Below, one piece after another: positions 36,556 to 46,456 of a stretch of DNA of 55,716 nt. Each line of letters starts with the position of its first letter. Within the stretch, counting starts at the first letter, position 1. Below the pieces are notes generated by a model. The model did not search any database. It was not told the origin of the DNA and saw nothing but the letters and a program-made list of their open reading frames with translations. Position numbers and translations under genes: made by a program. Origin of the DNA: a virus; UHGV virus genome UHGV-1361255. One strand, written 5' to 3'.

Positions 36556-36891
36556 CTACTTCAAACCGGTTAACCGGCTGAAGAATGCGCCTGTTTTAGA
36601 TGTCGTTTCAAACCCCATACGCCCACGGATAAGCCACTGGAACGGAATTGTTAACAGATACAGCGGCACGAACCACAGTCGGTTCAGACGCTGCCAGAAC
36701 GTCGCGTCACGGCGTTCTACCCATTCGGTGTTATCGACGACTTGATAGGCAAAATGGCTACGCTCATCCTCCAGGCGGCCTCCACATAAGAAACTGGTGA
36801 TTTCTTCGTAATTGTCGAAACCTTCATCCTTCAGCTTCTTTTCCAGCTGATAACGATGAAGCACCGGCACCCATCCTCTGCGATAAATCAT
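36556..36891 (-). CDS. hypothetical early-operon protein (111 aa)
   Basis: stop/start overlap with the upstream neighbour; hydrophobic C-terminal half. Confidence 0.4.
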   Translation of the reverse strand: MIYRRGWVPVLHRYQLEKKLKDEGFDNYEEITSFLCGGRLEDERSHFAYQVVDNTEWVERRDATFWQRLNRLWFVPLYLLTIPFQWLIRGRMGFETTSKTGAFFSRLTGLK

Positions 36892-37232
36892 GATTTTTTA
36901 TCCCTCAAATGAGGCTGCAATATAGCAAAATCACTCTCGCTTACATGCTGAACATAGATACGTAGCAAATCACCGTTCCACCCCTGTAATCCACCTTTAG
37001 AGATGTCATCCCTAACTTCGTCGAGTACCTTATCCAGCAATCCCGCAGCACAGGAAATCGCCTGCGCCGGATCAGCAAATTCGTACTGATTTGCCGGGCT
37101 GGTTTTCACCCCAAAAACAGGAATCATCTTTTCAGCTAAACGCCTATCCTGTTCTTTCTTAATCTCAAGTTGTAAACGGACCAGCTCACCGTCCATCATT
37201 TTTTGTAAGTCATACACCACTATCACCCCCAC
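36888..37232 (-). CDS. hypothetical early-operon protein (114 aa)
   Basis: overlapping starts and stops in the operon; no recognisable domain. Confidence 0.4.
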   Translation of the reverse strand: MGVIVVYDLQKMMDGELVRLQLEIKKEQDRRLAEKMIPVFGVKTSPANQYEFADPAQAISCAAGLLDKVLDEVRDDISKGGLQGWNGDLLRIYVQHVSESDFAILQPHLRDKKS

Positions 37233-37552
37233 TGGCCATCGGCAAATAACGCTTCATACTCAGACACTGGCAGCCGCTGCCCCCTGATACAAAAATTCAA
37301 CCAATTGCGCGGTTCAGGGTTGCTTTTATCTTCTTCTTTCCAGCGCTCATCTGCTTCACGTGCTAAACATTCGACAGCTTTCAGGTAGTCCTCTGTTCGA
37401 TACCAACCATAATTAATTTGGCCATCAGTAACCGCCCAGGCTACCTTTTTCTCTTCTTCCTCTATGGCCCTGATTCTGGCCTCGCACTCATCACGGCAGA
37501 ACTGAAGCTGTCTGTAGTCCAGCTTGTTCAAAAACTCAGGTGTTGACGTCAT
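37223..37552 (-). CDS. hypothetical early-operon protein (109 aa)
   Basis: overlapping starts and stops in the operon; no recognisable domain. Confidence 0.4.
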   Translation of the reverse strand: MTSTPEFLNKLDYRQLQFCRDECEARIRAIEEEEKKVAWAVTDGQINYGWYRTEDYLKAVECLAREADERWKEEDKSNPEPRNWLNFCIRGQRLPVSEYEALFADGQWG

Positions 37553-37800
37553 AGGGGTTCTACCTTGTAGGCTTTTAGAAGCGCCCTGGCTTCGTCTGTG
37601 CTGTCTTCCATGCTCTTATCGCTGGCAATGCAGCAATAAACGCCCTCACTATCTGAGAACCCGTTCATCCGAATTATCGTGAATGGAAGTTCCCGGCCGG
37701 TTTTATAATCGCTATAGCTTGTCGCGTCGTGGCTGACCTTGACCACATAAGGGTCATATCCCTCCACGAGGACAAGGCATTCCCGTTGTTTTCCCATTAC
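37549..37800 (-). CDS. hypothetical protein (83 aa) immediately downstream of repA
   Basis: internal ATG start chosen so the gene begins just after the repA stop; the longer ORF-track version overlaps repA by 178 bp. Confidence 0.35.
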   Translation of the reverse strand, partial: VMGKQRECLVLVEGYDPYVVKVSHDATSYSDYKTGRELPFTIIRMNGFSDSEGVYCCIASDKSMEDSTDEARALLKAYKVEPL

Positions 37801-37808
37801 CCCTCCGG

Positions 37809-40800
37809 TTATATCGCCACGGCTTGCCGCTGGCTCAGAAAAGCTTTCAGCAGCCTTATCTCGCGTACTGATAGCAGGTCCATAAATTCGGTCATGTACA
37901 GCGAGGCGAACGTTCTCGCGATGCTGGCCACTGGCCACAGGCGTACCGCCTCCATTTCGGTTGCTGGCAACGCGTTCTCCGCCCACGCTTCCGGCACCGT
38001 CACCGGGATAGCCTCCAGTGCCTGAATAATTACTGATTGCGGGGTGTCCGGAATGTGGCTTGTTTTGGATCGAGGGTTACCATGTATATCTATATTTAGA
38101 TCCAGATCGCGATCCACTTCGATGGTGGTTTTTTCGACCTTGCGGGCGTGAATTGATAACCCTGCTTCGCGGCGCTTCTCCACAATATTCATGAGGAACT
38201 CGACCGACTGTGAGTCGATAGAACGCATTGTAGGTCGAGCATCACCATCTCTGGCGCGTCTGGTCTTACTGGATAACCCCATAGACTCCAGGATGCCTTT
38301 GCATAGTTCTTCAGGGGCTTTCTTTTTGCCCTTCTCTGTGTTGAAGCCACCTATGCGCAAAACGTTGTTCAGCAGATCGCGCCGTTCCGGGGTTAGCAGG
38401 TTATCCCTGGCGCGTTTGAGGGCGTCCATGTCGGCCTCACCGGTCAGTGTTTCTGGATCAATACCACAGTCGCGGAAGTACTGTCGCAGCGTTGCTGATT
38501 TGAGAGTGTAAAAACCACGCATGCCTATTTCAACCGCTGGTGTAGATTTGACGCGGTAATCGGTTATGGCCGGGAATTTAGCGTGGAACTCCTCGTCGGC
38601 CTGTTCTCGTGTCATAGCTGTTGTGACAAATTGCTGCCAGCGACCGGCGACGCGATAAGCGTAGGTAAAGTGGATCAACGCTTCCTCGCGGTCAAGGCGA
38701 CGCGCGGTTATCTCATCCAGCTGCATGGTTTCAAACAGACGCACTTTTTTCAGGCCGCCGTCGAAATAGAATTTTAACGCCTCCTCGTCGACATCCAGCT
38801 GCAGCTCCTTTTCGATGTCCCAGCGGACCAGCTGGGCCTGCTCATCCAGAGACAGGGTGCGTTTTTTTATCAACTCATCGTGTTCGCCTTGGTCAGGGGT
38901 ATCGACACTCAGGTGGCGTTCCATAAGCTGCTCAAAGACCAGCTCACGGGCTTCTTTACGTAAATCCTTACCGATGCTGTTTGCAAGCGCGTCGGTAGCC
39001 ATAGGCGCGACCTGATAGCCATCATCATGCATGATGCAAATCATGTTGCTGGCATAATCATTTCTGGCCGACGCCTCGAGCGCGGCGGCTTTAATTTTGA
39101 GCTGCATGAATGAAGAGTTAGCCACACCGAGTGAAATTCGGTCACCGTCAAAGACAACGTCTGTCAGCAGCCCGGAGTGGCCAGCCGTTTCGAGCAAGGC
39201 CTGCGCGTAGGCGCGTTTGATTTTTTCCGGATCGGTTTCACGTTTACCGCGAAGCTTGTCGAAACCGATGATGTATTCCTGAGCTGTACGGTCGCGGCGC
39301 AGCATCTGGATGGCGTCGCTGGGGACCACTTCGCCGCAGAACATGCCGAAATGGCGGTGGAAGTGTTTCTCCTCAATCGATACACCTGAAGATATCGACG
39401 GGCTGTAGATGAGGCCGTCATATTTTTTCACCATCACTTTAGGCTGGTTGGTGAAATCGTCGACTTCCTTCTCCTGTTTGTTTTTCTGGTTAACGCAGAG
39501 AAACTTTTTGTCAGGGAAATGGAGTCTCAGCTGCATGGTAACGTCTTCGGCGAACGTCGAACTGTCGGTGGCCAGCATGATTCGTTCGCCGCGTTGCACT
39601 GCAGCGATGACCTCGGTCATGATCCGATTTTTCTCGGTATAAAATACGCGGATAGGCTTGTTGGTTTCGCGGTTGCGAACGTCGACCGGGAGTTCAATCA
39701 CGTGAATTTGCAGCCAGGCAGGTAGGCCCAGCTCCTCGCGTCGCTTCATCGCCAGTTCAGCAAGGTCGACAAGCAGATCGTTGGCGTCGGCATCCACCAT
39801 AATGGCATGCTCTTCAGTACGCGCTAGCGCGTCGATAAGCGTGTTGAATACGCCTACCGGGTTTTCCATCGCACGCCCGGCCAGAATGGCACGCAGGCCC
39901 TGTGTTGCTTCATCGAAGCCGAAGAAGTCATGCTGGCGCATCAGCGGTTGCCAGCAGCCTTTAAGTATGGAGTTGATGCAAATAGTCAGCTTGTTGGCAT
40001 ATGGCGCCATTTCCTGATAGCCGGGATCCTGATAATGCAGAATGTCGGCTTTAGCGCCTTTCCCTTCGGTCATCATTTCATGCAGGCCGCCTATAAGGGA
40101 TACGCGGTGCGCGACGGAAACGCCACGCGTGGACTGCAGCATCAGTGGACGCAGGAGACCTGTCGATTTACCAGAGCCCATCCCGGCGCGGACAATAACG
40201 ATGCCCTGCAGCTGTGCGGCGTATGTCATAACCTCATCAGTCATCCTGGAGGTTTCAAACCGTTTGTAAGTGATGTGTGACGGGCGAAGGTTCGGGTTGG
40301 TGATGCGTTCACTGAACGAACGTGATGTTTGCGCGGCACGGCATTTGCGATTCAACCGGCGCGTAATGTGATCTTTAACGGTACCGTTATAAATTTCTGC
40401 GATCCCCATATCTCGCAGCGTGCTGCTGAACAGGCGCATAAGTTCTTTCGGGCTGTTTGGTACCGGGCATGTCAGCATGCCAATATCGACGGCGCGAAGC
40501 AGCTCTTTGGCAAAAGTACGTCTGTTCAGCCGCGGGAGAGTACGCAGTTTATTCAGCGTAATCGACAACAGGTCGGTTGCACGGCTCAGATTATTTCTCG
40601 TTAACTGGCGAGCGACTTCCTTCAGCCCTCTCAAGCTGTGCAGGTCGTTAAAATCGCTGCATTCCTGCTCAGGGTCATCCTCAAAAGTTGGGTAAACACA
40701 TTTGACGCCGGAAAACTTCTCCATGATGTCGTATCCGGTGCGCAGGCCTGTGTTGCCTTTACCTTCAGCCGATGATTTGCGGTCGTTATCCAGGGCGCAG

Positions 40801-41798
40801 GTAATTTTTGCTGCCGGGTACATATTCACCAGCTGCTCAACAACATGGGTCATGTTGTTTGCGGCCACTGCGACCACGACAGCATCAAAGCTTTTTTTCG
40901 GGTCCTTACGGGTAGCCAGCCATACGGACGCGCCGGTGGCGAAACCTTCCACCACTGCAATATTTTGCGCGCCGTTCAGGTTGCCGATAACAAAGCACGC
41001 CCCGACGAAATCACCGCTGGTGATCGCGCTGGTCTGGAATTTACCGCCGCGCTGGTCGATACGCTGCCAGCCGACAATTTGTCCGTCTTTGCGTCCGTCC
41101 AGGTGGGCCAGCGGAATCGCCATGTATGTAGTCGGTCCACGGCTCCATTTTGCGTTGTCGTGACTGGTCACGCGACGAATATCGCAAGCGCTGAATACGT
41201 CACGAATGCCTTTTTTCACTGCGTAAGGCCACGACCCGTCCTCAGCTGGCGCATGTTCCCATGCACTGTGGAACGCCAACCATCCGAGCAACCGTTCTTG
41301 CTCTAACTGATTGTTTTTAAGTTCATTTATCCGTTGTTGTTCGGCGCGGCGCTTGCGGGCTTCAGCCTGGCGTTCAATACGCGCCAGTTCTTCAGCAGGT
41401 TGTGCGACCACGGTCGCATGATTTCTTTGTTGTTCACGGCGGTATTCGGCGAACAGGAAGGAGAAGCCGCTCCAGGAACCTTCGTCATGCCCTTTCTGGA
41501 CAAAGTTGACGAATGGGTAGCTGATGCCGCTTTTGTGTTGTTCCTTGCGGGAGTAGATTTCCACACGCCCTTTGAGGCTCTTTTCCAGAGCCTCGGGGGC
41601 GCCACCGTTATATTTTGAATAACGTTCTTCCCCGCCGCGCGGGTTCAACTGAATGTTATCAGCGCATGCTGTCCAGTTAATGCCAGCCATTGTGGCCAGC
41701 TCTGACAGCTCATCCCGCGCTGCTTCAAGCAATGAATACGGATCGCTACCGAAGCGAGCCGCATAGAATTCTTGTAAGGTCATTTTTAGCCTTTCCAT
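37809..41798 (-). CDS. repA: replication protein RepA (primase-helicase; the origin is expected inside the gene)
   Basis: 1329 aa; N-terminal primase-like region, central P-loop (GMGSGKS), N15 RepA-like size and position between the cB region and the small-gene operon. Confidence 0.85.
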   Translation of the reverse strand: MERLKMTLQEFYAARFGSDPYSLLEAARDELSELATMAGINWTACADNIQLNPRGGEERYSKYNGGAPEALEKSLKGRVEIYSRKEQHKSGISYPFVNFVQKGHDEGSWSGFSFLFAEYRREQQRNHATVVAQPAEELARIERQAEARKRRAEQQRINELKNNQLEQERLLGWLAFHSAWEHAPAEDGSWPYAVKKGIRDVFSACDIRRVTSHDNAKWSRGPTTYMAIPLAHLDGRKDGQIVGWQRIDQRGGKFQTSAITSGDFVGACFVIGNLNGAQNIAVVEGFATGASVWLATRKDPKKSFDAVVVAVAANNMTHVVEQLVNMYPAAKITCALDNDRKSSAEGKGNTGLRTGYDIMEKFSGVKCVYPTFEDDPEQECSDFNDLHSLRGLKEVARQLTRNNLSRATDLLSITLNKLRTLPRLNRRTFAKELLRAVDIGMLTCPVPNSPKELMRLFSSTLRDMGIAEIYNGTVKDHITRRLNRKCRAAQTSRSFSERITNPNLRPSHITYKRFETSRMTDEVMTYAAQLQGIVIVRAGMGSGKSTGLLRPLMLQSTRGVSVAHRVSLIGGLHEMMTEGKGAKADILHYQDPGYQEMAPYANKLTICINSILKGCWQPLMRQHDFFGFDEATQGLRAILAGRAMENPVGVFNTLIDALARTEEHAIMVDADANDLLVDLAELAMKRREELGLPAWLQIHVIELPVDVRNRETNKPIRVFYTEKNRIMTEVIAAVQRGERIMLATDSSTFAEDVTMQLRLHFPDKKFLCVNQKNKQEKEVDDFTNQPKVMVKKYDGLIYSPSISSGVSIEEKHFHRHFGMFCGEVVPSDAIQMLRRDRTAQEYIIGFDKLRGKRETDPEKIKRAYAQALLETAGHSGLLTDVVFDGDRISLGVANSSFMQLKIKAAALEASARNDYASNMICIMHDDGYQVAPMATDALANSIGKDLRKEARELVFEQLMERHLSVDTPDQGEHDELIKKRTLSLDEQAQLVRWDIEKELQLDVDEEALKFYFDGGLKKVRLFETMQLDEITARRLDREEALIHFTYAYRVAGRWQQFVTTAMTREQADEEFHAKFPAITDYRVKSTPAVEIGMRGFYTLKSATLRQYFRDCGIDPETLTGEADMDALKRARDNLLTPERRDLLNNVLRIGGFNTEKGKKKAPEELCKGILESMGLSSKTRRARDGDARPTMRSIDSQSVEFLMNIVEKRREAGLSIHARKVEKTTIEVDRDLDLNIDIHGNPRSKTSHIPDTPQSVIIQALEAIPVTVPEAWAENALPATEMEAVRLWPVASIARTFASLYMTEFMDLLSVREIRLLKAFLSQRQAVAI
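41403..41418. promoter_or_regulatory. F-sopC-like 16-bp inverted repeat tgcgaccacggtcgca inside the repA coding region
   Basis: identical to the copies at 52669 and 52823. Confidence 0.5.
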
Positions 41799-41834
41799 GC
41801 GAATTTATGTTTTTTCGGGTTGAAAAAATCCGCA

Positions 41835-41900
41835 GGAGCAGCCACAATAAACGCACAAATCTTCGTAGGGACTGTGCTGCGTTTGTCGTGGGGCTGCTCC
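41835..41900. promoter_or_regulatory. nested long hairpin in the repA leader
   Basis: outer stem ggagcagcc/ggctgctcc enclosing inner stem aaacgca.../...tgcgttt; immediately upstream of the repA start codon. Confidence 0.3.
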
Positions 41901-41902
41901 TG

Positions 41903-41938
41903 AAAAAAGGCCCGAGTTTGCCGACTCGGGTTTTTTTT
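41903..41938. terminator. bidirectional intrinsic terminator between cB and repA
   Basis: cccgagt-ttgcc-gactcggg stem flanked by A6 and T8. Confidence 0.6.
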
Positions 41939-42033
41939 CGTCTTTTTTCGGCTGCTGCAGTCCGATTCAACCGCGATACATTATAGCTAGCATTAAACCA
42001 GATTTATAGGCAGCAATAAACCCTGTTATTCTG

Positions 42034-42642
42034 TCATCTACCCTCTATCATGAACGATTTGATCGTACCGACTATTTGGTGCACAAATTGAAGATCACTT
42101 TTCTCATGGATAACTCGTTGAGAGTTAGCGCCATCTAAGTAGTAGCGCTCATCGTCGAAGCGCGCTAACCGCTGTATCGAGATTTTCCCGTCTTTATCAC
42201 AAACTAACACATCCTCACCCGGAACTGGCGTGAGAGCTGAGTCAACCAGGACGACGTCACCCGGTTGATAGTTGTGCTGAACCTGGTTCCCGACAGTGAG
42301 CGCATAAACGGTTTCCCGCTGGCTAACAAATGGCAGGAATCGTTCTGTGTTGGCAGGTTCTCCTGGCTGCCAGTCGCTATCCGGACCACTCTCTGTTGTG
42401 CCAATAACAGGAACGCGGTCAGGATCAGATTCAGTACCAAAAAGTATCCATTGCACAGGTTTGCGTAGGCATTTAGCCAGGGCAAGCCCAATCTTCAGTG
42501 ACGGCATAACGTCACCACGTTCTAAGTTTTGGACGCCAGGAAGAGAGATATCCACACTTTTAGCAACTTGCTGCAGTGTCATTCCCAGTTCTAAACGGCG
42601 TGCTTTCAGTCGTTCGCCTCGTGTTTTCATACGATCAATCAT
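42034..42642 (-). CDS. cB: prophage repressor CB (HTH plus S24 LexA-like peptidase domain)
   Basis: 202 aa; N-terminal HTH (LGMTLQQVAKSVDISLPGVQNLERG), C-terminal S24-like domain; divergent from cro. Confidence 0.8.
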   Translation of the reverse strand: MIDRMKTRGERLKARRLELGMTLQQVAKSVDISLPGVQNLERGDVMPSLKIGLALAKCLRKPVQWILFGTESDPDRVPVIGTTESGPDSDWQPGEPANTERFLPFVSQRETVYALTVGNQVQHNYQPGDVVLVDSALTPVPGEDVLVCDKDGKISIQRLARFDDERYYLDGANSQRVIHEKSDLQFVHQIVGTIKSFMIEGR

Positions 42643-42653
42643 AAACGATCTCT

Positions 42654-42669
42654 TTATAGCTGGCTATAA
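42654..42669. promoter_or_regulatory. 16-bp perfect palindrome TTATAGCTGGCTATAA in the cB-cro intergenic region (operator candidate)
   Basis: 7-bp arms with a 2-bp centre, 12 bp upstream of the cB start in the 62-bp divergent promoter region. Confidence 0.4.
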
Positions 42670-42704
42670 AATTTATGAATTATACCTAGCTTTAATTTAT
42701 AGTT

Positions 42705-42932
42705 ATGGCATATAATAATTTTATGAAGCCAGAAGAACTTATCCGCCACTTTGGCGACGTCGAAAAAGCAGCTGCAGGCGTAGGTGTAACACCTGGCGCG
42801 GTCTATCAATGGCTTGCGGCTGGGGAGATTCCACCGTTACGCCAGAGCGATATTGAGGTCCGCACGGCATACAAACTGAAGAGCGACTTCACCGTTAAGC
42901 GGGTTAGCAAGGACGGTAGTGATGGAACTTGA
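42705..42932 (+). CDS. cro: Cro-like HTH regulator
   Basis: 75 aa, divergent from cB, HTH (AAGVGVTPGAVYQWL). Confidence 0.6.
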   Translation: MAYNNFMKPEELIRHFGDVEKAAAGVGVTPGAVYQWLAAGEIPPLRQSDIEVRTAYKLKSDFTVKRVSKDGSDGT

Positions 42933-43659
42933 ACGAATCCGCGCTTGTGTGGCCACGGCCCTTTCAGATCTGCATTACCTCCAGCGAGGAATTTTAGAAG
43001 TTCAGCTTGAGCAGTTACGTCTTGCCAACTCCGGCAGGTTTACTGATAAGCCAACCCGGGTCATTCAAATGGGCGAGAATAATAAATACGAGATCTCGGT
43101 CGCGGCTGAGCAGGTTCGTTACCATGTTGGGAAAACGTTTAAGCAATCCTCAATGCTGCTGACTGAACTTGATTTTCAGACGGCTAGTTGGCGCAGAGCC
43201 ATTGAGCAGTTAAATCGTGAGGAAATTGCCTGGCTGCATTATTGCTATGGCTGTAAGCCCAATTTTGAAAATGATGAAGTTATATGCCAGTGGCTATGGC
43301 TGGATTTTCTTGTCGCTCATTCAAAGCCTGATTTCAAAAAAATGAAAGAGGCGACAAAGAAAAAGATGCGCAATTTAACGTATTACGCCATCCAGCAGGT
43401 TAAGGCTTCAATATTACGCGGAGAGGATGTGGACCCGCTGCGTGAGGATGAGCATATAAGTCTTTTGCTTAATATCACCGTCGATAGCTGGCGTAAGGAT
43501 TATAAAAAACGCTGGCTATTAATGAAATCACGATGCCTGCATCTGAATAGCATCGCGTTATTTAACGCAGCGGAGAAGCGCAGTGAAATCATCAACCGCC
43601 ATTGTACAGGAAGTGCCAACGTGCCTGTGCCAGCAGATTATGCACAGGAAGCCCGGTAA
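42919..43659 (+). CDS. hypothetical protein in the Q (late antiterminator) position
   Basis: 246 aa, first gene after cro; function is inferred only from its position in N15-like genomes. Confidence 0.25.
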   Translation: MMELERIRACVATALSDLHYLQRGILEVQLEQLRLANSGRFTDKPTRVIQMGENNKYEISVAAEQVRYHVGKTFKQSSMLLTELDFQTASWRRAIEQLNREEIAWLHYCYGCKPNFENDEVICQWLWLDFLVAHSKPDFKKMKEATKKKMRNLTYYAIQQVKASILRGEDVDPLREDEHISLLLNITVDSWRKDYKKRWLLMKSRCLHLNSIALFNAAEKRSEIINRHCTGSANVPVPADYAQEAR

Positions 43660-43861
43660 ACCCGAACTTAGGTATGCCGCAAACCGTAAAGAGTACATTA
43701 TCTGGTGCCCAACCTGCGATTACCGGACTCATCCTGATACGAACCGGCAATCGGTTATCACTGAATGGTACCTGTCAAATCAGCCTGGTAATAAACACAT
43801 CGAAGATATGTGGCTGAAACGTTATCTGGAAATAAAAGAGGGTGCGACCGCGGTCGCATAG
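43583..43861 (+). CDS. small Zn-ribbon protein (CPTCDY...)
   Basis: probable internal start; its stop codon lies inside the sopC-like palindrome at 43843. Confidence 0.3.
   Translation: MKSSTAIVQEVPTCLCQQIMHRKPGKPELRYAANRKEYIIWCPTCDYRTHPDTNRQSVITEWYLSNQPGNKHIEDMWLKRYLEIKEGATAVA
43843..43858. promoter_or_regulatory. F-sopC-like 16-bp perfect palindrome tgcgaccgcggtcgca
   Basis: GC-centred variant of the centromere-like site; identical to the copy at 47722. Confidence 0.55.
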
Positions 43862-44070
43862 GGTAATGATGCGAACTCCATTTAAACAAGGCCCCATGTC
43901 ATACGATGATGCGGTGCGAATTTCTAACGTTTATCGAAATAAAGGTCGAGAGACTTTAATCACGCGCTCGGATGATTTAGACGGGACGTATTACGTTTTT
44001 GTTTATCTCCCTGAGTCCAGAAAAGTCCCAACGCCATCCAGAACTTTTCAACAAAAAATATGGGAATAAA

Positions 44071-44679
44071 ATGCTTACCTACCATCAATCAATTTTTAAA
44101 ATGATTATGGCAAATTGGCTGAACAGCGATCATGTCATCATCGATACTGAGACCACCGGGCTTATGGCTTCTGATGAAATTATCGAGATCACGATAATTA
44201 ATATGCGTGGTGAGATTCTGTTAAACACCCTGGTGAAGCCGAGCCGCCCTATTCCGCCAGAAGTTACCAAAATTAATAACATCACCAACGAAATGGTCGC
44301 TGATGCGCCAGCATGGTGCGATGTTTTCCCGGCTGCGCTGAAAATTATTCGTAAGCATAAATGGCTGGCATGGAACTCCAGTTTTGATGCCCGCCTGATG
44401 GTGCAGACCTGCCTGCAGACCGGATTTTTTGATGACCTAAAGCCTCACCTCATCACCTCCATCATCATGGCCATTGAGACGCGCCACATTGACGCCAAAG
44501 CGGTTTATGACCAGTGGTATGGGGAGTTCGACGAGAAGCGCAAAAACTTCAAAAGGCAGAGCCTGGCTACAGCAGCTGCGCGCCACGGCATTCCAACCGC
44601 TGGCGCCCATCGCGCGCTTGCCGATTGCCTGATGATCCTCGGCGTGCTGAAACAGGTTTGCCAGCCGGAGGTCGCATGA
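44071..44679 (+). CDS. DnaQ-like DEDDh 3'-5' exonuclease (stand-alone)
   Basis: HVIIDTETTGL (exo I), ...WNSSFDARLM... and a C-terminal H/D motif (AHRALAD); ATG at 44071. Confidence 0.65.
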   Translation: MLTYHQSIFKMIMANWLNSDHVIIDTETTGLMASDEIIEITIINMRGEILLNTLVKPSRPIPPEVTKINNITNEMVADAPAWCDVFPAALKIIRKHKWLAWNSSFDARLMVQTCLQTGFFDDLKPHLITSIIMAIETRHIDAKAVYDQWYGEFDEKRKNFKRQSLATAAARHGIPTAGAHRALADCLMILGVLKQVCQPEVA

Positions 44680-44806
44680 ACTCTGAACTATTCAACTACA
44701 GCCTGAAAACGCTACAGGTGCTGAACGTTGTCGCAGATTTGGTTTTATCAGTGGCGCTGTTTGGCTTTGGGTACGGCCTTCTTAACTTGCTTGAGTGGTG
44801 GCTTGC

Positions 44807-45283
44807 ATGACAGATATCACCCGACTGATTAACAGCATTAAGCGCCGCACGTCCTCAGCAAGAGAGCTTGGCTACGATGTCCTGTTCGTGGCACTTGATG
44901 ATTTGGATGTCCTGGCTGATTCGCTGGAGACGGCGCTGCGCGCAAACGCCGCCCAGGCCGCTCACATCGAGCAGCTGCAGGACAAGTTTAACAAACTTGC
45001 AGCGGAGAATGTGGCGCTGAAAAGAGTTCCGGAAACAGACAGCGTGGCGATGCTGATGGCTCTGGATTCGTTCCGCAGCGAGTCATTGCCGGATGTCGGT
45101 TTGCAAAAAGCGTTTGAAAACTTGATGTACCACCGAAAGACCCCTACCACCGTTCGTATCGTAGCCGGGATTAAGGCTGATGGAGTGGAAGAATGGGTTT
45201 CCAGCAGAGGTGGCCGCTGGAATGGCACGACAGAAGAGGCGCTTAAGTTCGCCAAGCAGCTGCGCGAAGGAGGGAAAGTATGA
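44807..45283 (+). CDS. hypothetical late-region protein (coiled-coil N-half, Ead/DUF551-like C-half?)
   Basis: 158 aa, ATG at 44807 (MTDITRL...). Confidence 0.35.
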   Translation: MTDITRLINSIKRRTSSARELGYDVLFVALDDLDVLADSLETALRANAAQAAHIEQLQDKFNKLAAENVALKRVPETDSVAMLMALDSFRSESLPDVGLQKAFENLMYHRKTPTTVRIVAGIKADGVEEWVSSRGGRWNGTTEEALKFAKQLREGGKV

Positions 45284-45478
45284 GACTGCAAATGCGCACT
45301 CCCGATGGTTCTGTGATTGTCGAGAGCAACCTGGTATCTCAGTTTTACCCCGATTACGAAAGCGGTGGTGAGCTAACAACAATCGAAACTGTTTCTTCTG
45401 ACGGTGAAGCCTCCTTTGTGAAAGTTAAGCACTCGTTTCATCAAGTAACCCATGCTCTGGCTACTGCATGGAGCGTAG

Positions 45479-45844
45479 ATGAAAAAGAAGCGATGCACAC
45501 TCAACGGGAGGAATGCCGTGGCTAAAACCCCTGCAGAACGGCAACGGCAGCGCCGTGAACGTTTAAAGCAGTCCGGCACCACCAGACGCGATTGGGTACT
45601 TGAGCCGGAGGAACTGCGCATGCTGGGCGAAATTTGCATCCAGCGCCGCCCAGGCAGAACGCCGTATTCAGAAAATGAAGTAATCGGCCTGTTAATCCGT
45701 AAGAACTACAAAGAGCTTCAGAAGAGCCTGGCGAACACATGTCAGCGATGTGGCCAGGCGCTGCCGGTGTCTGAATGCATCTTCGACGGCGAAAATTCAT
45801 GCTTACTGACGACTGTCAGACTAAAGCTGGCCATTAAGGCGTGA
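45479..45844 (+). CDS. hypothetical basic protein
   Basis: ORF track; probable internal GTG/ATG start around 45520. Confidence 0.3.
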   Translation: MKKKRCTLNGRNAVAKTPAERQRQRRERLKQSGTTRRDWVLEPEELRMLGEICIQRRPGRTPYSENEVIGLLIRKNYKELQKSLANTCQRCGQALPVSECIFDGENSCLLTTVRLKLAIKA

Positions 45845-46092
45845 CTGGTCACGGAGGCTTAAAAATGGATAAATCGGCATTGCTTTTGGAGAAACTCCGG
45901 CAACGAACGCAAAGTAGCCTGGCCAGCGGTGGCGACGGCTTTGTCTTTGCATCGATGCTGGTCTTTGACGTGGGCTTGAATGCCCGGACTATTCGGCAAA
46001 TGTTGGACGTTGCAGTAAGGAACGGGACGCTTGAAAAAAGGGAAAGAGGCATAGGCCGCGCGCATAAGTATCGGACAAATCTGCAAATTTGA
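45841..46092 (+). CDS. hypothetical small protein
   Basis: ORF track; probable start at MDKSALL (45865). Confidence 0.3.
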   Translation: MTGHGGLKMDKSALLLEKLRQRTQSSLASGGDGFVFASMLVFDVGLNARTIRQMLDVAVRNGTLEKRERGIGRAHKYRTNLQI

Positions 46093-46456
46093 TGAGCACC
46101 TTGACAGGAAATGACGTTTTAGCATTTGCCAAAACGCCTGTGTTTTTATACAGTATATTAATATTTTGTAAGACGAATAACGGGTAGGCTATGTGATGGA
46201 AGATACGGTCCTCTCAAATTGTGAAAGGCTGGACGCTGAGCTGAGTGATATCGATGCCGTATTAGATATGGTATCGGTGGCGATGGCATCCCCGGAGGCC
46301 AGTTTGCATGTGGCTCAAACTATGCGCCTCATTTGTATGTCACGTCGGATGTTGCAGCGGTGCCGGGATCTCAACAAGGTTGAAGGAAGAAGCCACTAGC
46401 CAGCCGAATTGAAAAAGGTGAGGTCTCCCTGACCTTTTACCAGATGCGCCTTATAT

